A stretch of 32,000 nt of DNA from Acaryochloris marina S15 (GTDB lineage: Bacteria > Cyanobacteriota > Cyanobacteriia > Thermosynechococcales > Thermosynechococcaceae). Of this stretch, positions 26,392 through 32,000 are shown in pieces. Position 1 is the stretch's first letter. Each line of letters begins with the position of its first letter. The translations under genes and the position numbers were made by a program. The notes beneath the pieces were generated by a model. The model did no database searches. It had not been told where the DNA came from and saw only the letters and a list, made by a program, of their open reading frames with translations. The stretch covers positions 4,920,001 to 4,952,000 of the forward strand of contig NZ_CP064923.1 in the NCBI RefSeq assembly GCF_018336915.1, in the 5' to 3' direction.

Positions 26392-27402
26392 ATGGATCAC
26401 GTCAAAACAGTACGAGCTGCCGCTGTCCAGATTAGTCCGGTCTTGTTCAGTCGGGAGGGGACAACGGAGAAAGTTTTGGATGCGATCGCATCTGCAGCCC
26501 AAGAAGGCGTCCAACTGATCGTCTTTCCTGAAACCTTAGTCCCCTATTATCCCTATTTCTCCTTCGTTCAACCGCCCGTGGTCATGGGCAAAGCCCATAT
26601 GCAGCTTTACGAAGAAGCGGTAACCGTGCCGGGGGCAGTGGTTGATGCCATCAGCCGAGCCGCACGATCCTACGAGATGGTCGTGGTTCTGGGGGTGAAT
26701 GAACGAGACGGCGGCTCCCTCTATAACACCCAACTGATCTTTGACACTGATGGCACCTTGGGGCTAAAGCGACGCAAGATCACCCCTACTTACCATGAGC
26801 GGATGGTTTGGGGGCAGGGAGATGGGGCCGGATTGACCGTCCTAGAGACGGCAGTGGGTCGACTGGGAGCCTTGGCCTGCTGGGAGCATTACAATCCCCT
26901 GGCTCGCTATGCCCTGATGGCTCAGCAGGAAGAAATTCACTGTGGGCAGTTTCCGGGGTCGATGGTGGGACAAATCTTTGCGGACCAAATGGAAGTAACG
27001 ATGCGCCACCATGCCTTGGAGTCGGGCTGTTTTGTGGTCAATGCCACGGGCTGGTTAACCCCAGAGCAAAAGCAGCAAATCACCCCCAATGAAAACCTAC
27101 AAAAAGTCCTAAGCGGCGGCTGTTATACCGCCATTATTAGTCCCGAGGGCGTGCCCCTCTGCGACCCCGTAACCGAGGGAGAAGGAATGGCAATTGCCGA
27201 CCTCGATTTTTCTCTAATTACCAAGCGCAAACGGATGATGGATTCCGTGGGCCATTATTCCCGGCCCGATCTACTCCAGCTGCAGGTAAATCAAAAGGCT
27301 TGGGCAGTGATGCAGCCACCCCCAACAACACTCCCGGAGCAGGACAAGGAGCCTTCTTTACCCCTCTTATCCGATGAGCCCATTCCTCGACCCGTCGATT
27401 AA
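26392..27402 (+). CDS. Nitrilase (Nit1C / Nit6803-type)
   Basis: Catalytic triad contexts [11 protein letters not shown] and ACWEH (Cys163, 26878-26880). GAGGGA Shine-Dalgarno sequence. Confidence 0.92.
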   Translation: MDHVKTVRAAAVQISPVLFSREGTTEKVLDAIASAAQEGVQLIVFPETLVPYYPYFSFVQPPVVMGKAHMQLYEEAVTVPGAVVDAISRAARSYEMVVVLGVNERDGGSLYNTQLIFDTDGTLGLKRRKITPTYHERMVWGQGDGAGLTVLETAVGRLGALACWEHYNPLARYALMAQQEEIHCGQFPGSMVGQIFADQMEVTMRHHALESGCFVVNATGWLTPEQKQQITPNENLQKVLSGGCYTAIISPEGVPLCDPVTEGEGMAIADLDFSLITKRKRMMDSVGHYSRPDLLQLQVNQKAWAVMQPPPTTLPEQDKEPSLPLLSDEPIPRPVD

Positions 27403-27411
27403 AGCAAAATT

Positions 27412-28494
27412 ATGGACAAACAACATCTAATTACGGAACTGCAATCGAACGGACTGCAGGTGATTGACCCCAGTATTGGCGTTGCGGGGCGTCGAGGTGG
27501 AGCTGGCCCCTCGGATCATAAAGCAGTGACCGTGGATGGGACGACGGTGATGGTTCCGATTTATACGGGAACCGCCAGCCAATCTCCCTATACGACCCAG
27601 GTCAACCAGGGCCGTCAGGCGGTGCTAGAGAAATCTAGTCAGGCCGTGGCTACGGTGGAGTTTCCTCTGCAGCCCCAGTTTTACGACCTGCAAACGTCAG
27701 ACGGCATCCCCTATTGGAAGATTGCCCTGCTCCATAGTCATGACGTGTTGGCCACCACGGTATTGCAAACCTGTATGCGGTATCGCAATACCGATACGGC
27801 CTGTCAGTTCTGTGCCATTGAAAAGTCCCTAGACGCCGATCGCACCATTGCCCGCAAAACGCCAGAACAGCTAGCAGAAGTGGCAGAGGCAGCGGTGCGC
27901 CTAGATGGGGTCCAGCATATGATCATGACCACTGGGACACCGAATACCCACGATCGCGGGGCGGCCTACCTAGCCGAATGTGCCCAAGCCATCAAAGCGC
28001 GGGTTAACCTGCCCATCCAGGCCCAGTGCGAACCTCCAGACGATTTTGGCTGGTTCGCCCAGATGAAGGCAGCAGGGGTAGACAGTTTGGGAATGCACCT
28101 AGAAGTGGTTGATCCACAGGTGCGATCTAAAATCATGCCCGGTAAAGCAGAAGTGCCCCTATCCCATTATTTTGAAGCCTTTGAGGCAGCGGTTCAGGTA
28201 TTTGGTTGGGGCCAAGTGTCTACCTATTTATTAGCAGGACTGGGGGATAGCCTAGAAACCCTGGTGGAAACCTGCCAACGGCTGATTGACTTAGGGGTTT
28301 ATCCGTTTGTCGTCCCCTTTGTCCCCATTTCCGATACACCCTTAGCCCACCATCCGGCCCCCAGTAGCGAGTTTATGTTTGCCCTCTATCAGCAGGTGGG
28401 GACGATGTTAAAGCAAGCGGGAATGTCGTCCACAGACATGAATGCAGGATGTGCCAAGTGTGGCGCTTGTTCCGCCTTATCTACGTTTGAGTAA
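27412..28494 (+). CDS. Radical SAM-like protein (MSMEG_0568/Sll0785-type)
   Basis: Cys cluster C121-x9-C131-x2-C134 (27772-27813). Second cluster C347-x2-C350-x2-C353 at the C-terminus. Occupies the cluster position after the nitrilase. Confidence 0.75.
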   Translation: MDKQHLITELQSNGLQVIDPSIGVAGRRGGAGPSDHKAVTVDGTTVMVPIYTGTASQSPYTTQVNQGRQAVLEKSSQAVATVEFPLQPQFYDLQTSDGIPYWKIALLHSHDVLATTVLQTCMRYRNTDTACQFCAIEKSLDADRTIARKTPEQLAEVAEAAVRLDGVQHMIMTTGTPNTHDRGAAYLAECAQAIKARVNLPIQAQCEPPDDFGWFAQMKAAGVDSLGMHLEVVDPQVRSKIMPGKAEVPLSHYFEAFEAAVQVFGWGQVSTYLLAGLGDSLETLVETCQRLIDLGVYPFVVPFVPISDTPLAHHPAPSSEFMFALYQQVGTMLKQAGMSSTDMNAGCAKCGACSALSTFE

Positions 28495-28607
28495 GTGCTA
28501 TGCATTCTCAGGGCATTGATAGAAGAGAGACTGGAAACCATACAACACTCTCTCTCCTTCAAGTACACAAAACTCGTACTTGTGATTGCCCATCCTCATC
28601 TGTACTG

Positions 28608-29291
28608 ATGCTAAGTATTTCAACCCGCAATCTTGACTCTCTTCCCGATGTGAATAGCCTCAAGCAGTTATTACAATCTCTCGCCATGCTGGACGCAATC
28701 TTATCGCCTGAATGGGAATACCGTTACTACTCATTCAATGCAAAATGGTCACGGGATGGACAAATGGGTTCCATGCGAGATGGCTCTGGGGATGAGTTTT
28801 TTGCGTTCTTCAATAACGCTGGATGCTTCTTGAAAGGGTTTGTCCATGACTGTTCTATGACCCCCTATCGAACTCAACCCCCTAAAATCTGGCCAGGGAT
28901 GCTGGAGGGTGTTCCTGAAGCATTCTCGTCAGCCTTGTCTGAGCCTGCATTCTCAATGGATGACATAACATTTGGTCTTTGGCGACACTACTCCGATCAA
29001 GCTTGGTCTCATGGTTCCATTGAATTCCCTGAAGGTGATGATCCAGACGGATCTGAGTCCCTGCTAGCCCTCCTTGATCGCAATCCTGCCACTTACCGAC
29101 AGTTTGCTGAAGAGTATTACGAAATTGAGATCCCCTTGAACTCTATCCAACATATTTATAAGCATTTGCCGCTGACGACCGATCTGGTTTCATCTCTGAA
29201 CAATGACCTCTCGCTAACGGATTTGGCAGAAGACATTAGCGAGATTGACTATCCCTACACCCAGATCACTAAATCAACGACTCAACAATAA
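28608..29291 (+). CDS. Hypothetical protein inserted within the Nit1C operon
   Basis: Uninterrupted ORF 28500..29291. The start is either the ATG at 28500 or the ATG at 28608. No motif recognised. It is not one of the Nit1C families I know. Confidence 0.55.
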   Translation: MLSISTRNLDSLPDVNSLKQLLQSLAMLDAILSPEWEYRYYSFNAKWSRDGQMGSMRDGSGDEFFAFFNNAGCFLKGFVHDCSMTPYRTQPPKIWPGMLEGVPEAFSSALSEPAFSMDDITFGLWRHYSDQAWSHGSIEFPEGDDPDGSESLLALLDRNPATYRQFAEEYYEIEIPLNSIQHIYKHLPLTTDLVSSLNNDLSLTDLAEDISEIDYPYTQITKSTTQQ

Positions 29292-29322
29292 ATGATTAGC
29301 AATGTTAAAGGAGCAGAATCTG

Positions 29323-29838
29323 ATGGCATCCAGTCGATATAGTTTCAAGTTGGCGCAATCTCCCCAAGATCTACGAGGGTATTGTGAGCTACGCCAAGCG
29401 ATTTTTTGTCAGGAACAAGGACTCTTTGAAGGCAAGGATAAAGACGACATCGATACCACCGCCTATCCGATTGTGGCCATTGACCCAGAGGCCCCACCAG
29501 ATCAGCAAGTGGTAGGAGTGGTTCGCATTTATGAAGAACAGGATCGACTTTGGTACGGCGGTCGCTTAGGGGTTCATGCTGACTATCGCCGAGCTGGGCG
29601 CATCGGTAAGGGACTGATTTATAAAGCCGTCACCACTGCCAATACTTGGGGATGCGATCGCTTCCTCGCTACGGTCCAACTCCAAAACGTCCGATTCTTT
29701 CAACGCCAACACTGGGACTCTTTAGAAGAGATACAGATCTGCGATCGCCCCCATCATCTAATGGAAGCCGACCTAGATTTTTATCCTCCTAATGATGAAT
29801 CCCGTCCACAAGTTACACCCCTTCTCCAAGCCTCTTAA
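29323..29838 (+). CDS. GNAT-type N-acetyltransferase (MSMEG_0567/Sll0786-type)
   Basis: ORF trimmed to the ATG at 29323, which is preceded by AAGGAG (29308-29313, 9-nt spacer). GNAT-like core VVGVVRIY...GRLGVHADYRRAGRIGKGLI. Confidence 0.8.
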   Translation: MASSRYSFKLAQSPQDLRGYCELRQAIFCQEQGLFEGKDKDDIDTTAYPIVAIDPEAPPDQQVVGVVRIYEEQDRLWYGGRLGVHADYRRAGRIGKGLIYKAVTTANTWGCDRFLATVQLQNVRFFQRQHWDSLEEIQICDRPHHLMEADLDFYPPNDESRPQVTPLLQAS

Positions 29839-30812
29839 TGCTGTCGGAGTTAGCAGCAGAGTTACAACAAACCTTGGGACTTCTGCATAAACAGGATATT
29901 CAACCCGTTGCCCGTCACCTAGGCACTTGGGTTCCTGACAATACCACTCAAACCCCCATCTGGTTGGGGGATGACTGTGCTGCTATCCCCGATGAAGAAG
30001 GTTATTTATTACTGGCGGCGGAGGGGATGTGGTCAGTCTTAGTCGAAACAGAACCCTGGTTCGCAGGCTGGTGCGGCGTTCTAGTCAACGTTAGCGATAT
30101 CTATGCCATGGGCGGTAAACCGATTGCAGTAGTGGATGCCCTCTGGAGTCGGTCCACCGATCAAGCTGAACAGCTGTGGGAAGGAATGAAGGCGGCGTCC
30201 AAGGCATTTAATGTACCGATTGTAGGAGGCCATACCCATTGTCATAGTCCTTATGAAGCCCTTTCAGTAGCGATTTTGGGACGGGCACAGCAGTTGATAA
30301 CTAGCTTTAATGCCCAACCTGGCGATATCGTATTGCTGGTCACCGATCTCAACGGTCAACCCCATCCTAAATATCCGTTTTGGGATGCAGCAACAATGGC
30401 AGAGCCAAAGACACTACAAACCAATCTCAATTTACTCCCCACCCTGGCGGAATCGGGATTATGTGATGCCGGGAAAGACATTAGCATGGGGGGCTTAATA
30501 GGTACCTTGTTGATGCTATTAGAAACTTCTGGTTGTGGAGCTGTACTTGACTTAGAATCGATTCCCTATCCTTCGGGTTTAGACTTCAAACAATGGTTGG
30601 TGAGTTTCCCTAGTTACGGTTTTTTGCTCAGTGTCAGGCCAGATTGCGTTGAGCCGATTCAGCAATTATTTGAGCCGCATAATATAGTCTGTGCTGCCAT
30701 TGGGCAAATCACGCCAGAGCATACATTAACCCTGAAATCTAAAGCTGAGTCCGCTTGCTTCTGGGATTTGAGCCAAGATGCCCTAACTGGATTCTCAAAA
30801 TTCAGTTCCTAG
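29838..30812 (+). CDS. AIR-synthase-related (PurM/ThiL/HypE-fold) protein, Sll0787-type
   Basis: LGDDCAAI and VNVSDIYAMGGKP motifs. The start overlaps the GNAT stop (TAATG), which indicates translational coupling. Confidence 0.85.
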   Translation: MLSELAAELQQTLGLLHKQDIQPVARHLGTWVPDNTTQTPIWLGDDCAAIPDEEGYLLLAAEGMWSVLVETEPWFAGWCGVLVNVSDIYAMGGKPIAVVDALWSRSTDQAEQLWEGMKAASKAFNVPIVGGHTHCHSPYEALSVAILGRAQQLITSFNAQPGDIVLLVTDLNGQPHPKYPFWDAATMAEPKTLQTNLNLLPTLAESGLCDAGKDISMGGLIGTLLMLLETSGCGAVLDLESIPYPSGLDFKQWLVSFPSYGFLLSVRPDCVEPIQQLFEPHNIVCAAIGQITPEHTLTLKSKAESACFWDLSQDALTGFSKFSS

Positions 30813-30874
30813 CCTTGTGCCTCTTGATTTTATGATTTTGGGTTTAAGGAATCTGAAGTTATTCTTTCCAAAAA

Positions 30875-31924
30875 CTACGGCAGGCTATACCATGCACCCC
30901 GCCCACTCCCATGCAATACCAGTAAGTTTTGCTTAAGTAAACTCTTGAAGTGCGACTTGAGTGTGTTTCGACTCGCTCCAGTTAAAACCACAGCATCGCT
31001 CATGGTAATACGACCGTGGTTTCGGGCCTGGTCCAGAATTTGCACTGACAGATTTGGCAACTTTGCCAATAGCAGTTTTTCTCGTCCGACTTTTTCACGA
31101 AGCCCTAGCATCTGACGCTGGAGTGCTCTTAGGAAAAACAATAGCCATGGTGTCCAGTTAGGGGTATTGGTGCGAATAGTTCCCTGAGTTTGGCGCAATG
31201 CCAGATAATAGTCTTCTTTATTCTGTTCGACAATGCTCTCAAGTGAGCTATAAGGCACATAAGCATAGCCTGCTTGAAGTAACAATAATGTTGTCAGTAC
31301 TCGGCTCAGACGACCGTTACCATCCTGAAAAGGATGAATCTCCAAAAACACAACGGTAAAAAGGCCAATGGTTATCAGGGGGTGAAGCGCCTTATCTTGA
31401 GTCGTAGTATTAAACTCATCAATCAGTTCTGCCATGAAACGGGGAGTATCAAATGGAGTGGCCGTTTCAAATACAATGCCAATGGGTTGTCCATCTACAT
31501 CAAAAGCAGCAACGCTGTTAGAAGAGGTTTTGTAATTGCCTCGATGCCAGTTATCTTTGGCGCTATACCGTAGTAAATCACGATGAAGTTGTTTGAGATG
31601 GTTCTCTGTCATCGAAATCGCTGTCCATGACGAGAAAACAGTCTCCATCACCTCCGCATAACCTGCAACCTCCTGCTGATCCCGACTGGTAAATGACTGA
31701 ATCTCTAGATTGGACAGAAGTTGCTCAACTTCTCGATCAGAAAGTCTGCTGCCCTCGATCCGAGTTGAGGAGCCAATGCTCTCGATAGTAGCCACATGGC
31801 GAAGTGCTGAAAGTCTTTCTGGTGCAAGGGAACCGAGAGCACGCCAAGCGCCCTTGAATTCATCAATCTCGGCAATCAGCAAAAGCATTTCTTGACTGAT
31901 TTGTAGTGAGGTAGTATCGAACAT
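30875..31924 (-). CDS. Fic/Fido-domain protein (probable AMP-transferase) with an N-terminal autoinhibitory motif and a C-terminal wHTH-like region
   Basis: Fic motif HPFQDGNGRLSR (from 31336 downward). Inhibitory (S/T)xxxE(G/N) motif as S-TRI-E-G. The start is either the ATG at 31924 or the GTG at 31939. Confidence 0.9.
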   Translation of the reverse strand: MFDTTSLQISQEMLLLIAEIDEFKGAWRALGSLAPERLSALRHVATIESIGSSTRIEGSRLSDREVEQLLSNLEIQSFTSRDQQEVAGYAEVMETVFSSWTAISMTENHLKQLHRDLLRYSAKDNWHRGNYKTSSNSVAAFDVDGQPIGIVFETATPFDTPRFMAELIDEFNTTTQDKALHPLITIGLFTVVFLEIHPFQDGNGRLSRVLTTLLLLQAGYAYVPYSSLESIVEQNKEDYYLALRQTQGTIRTNTPNWTPWLLFFLRALQRQMLGLREKVGREKLLLAKLPNLSVQILDQARNHGRITMSDAVVLTGASRNTLKSHFKSLLKQNLLVLHGSGRGAWYSLP

Positions 31925-32000
31925 GCTCCATTTATACACCCATTTACACCCAATTAAATCAGCGTTAAAAGCAAGCTATCTAACATTGACTCAGCTAACC

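Overview
The window looks like a cyanobacterial chromosome segment. Evidence: at least 10 copies of the HIP1 octamer GCGATCGC, an IctB-family gene, and NtcA-type promoter architecture. I support about 24 protein genes and found no tRNA, rRNA or CRISPR array.

Gene order, left to right:
- (-) GMC flavoenzyme fused to a DUF1080 domain
- (-) small membrane protein
- (-) secreted Asp/Arg-rich protein
- (-) NarL-type response regulator and ictB, apparently one operon
- (+) 134-aa unknown plus a 1087-aa LRR-Roc-COR (Roco) GTPase with an unassigned C-terminal module
- a MITE-like inverted-repeat element
- (+) Dda/RecD-like SF1 helicase
- (-) 1187-aa RTX-type Ca-binding repeat protein built from 327-bp super-repeats
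- (+) 6-TM voltage-gated K+ channel and a small unknown
- (+) translationally coupled pair: a vWA protein with Ro60/TROVE-like layout and a 391-aa unknown
- (-) flavin-dependent oxidoreductase
- a roughly 1.07-kb AT-rich stretch with no ORF
- (+) Cache-PAS-GGDEF-EAL sensor
- (+) a Nit1C / Sll0783-type nitrogen-starvation cluster: Sll0783-like protein, nitrilase, radical SAM, an inserted unknown gene, GNAT, AIR-synthase-like protein
- (-) Fic protein

Best candidates for an undescribed system, in order:
1. The TROVE/vWA-like pair at 17.6-20.3 kb and its structured leader.
2. The Nit1C cluster, whose product is unknown. It carries an extra gene, a detached flavoprotein gene and paired NtcA-type promoters.
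3. The Roco GTPase with a Cys4 motif and an unassigned C-terminal domain.

All family assignments rest on motifs read by eye and recalled family signatures. No searches were run.
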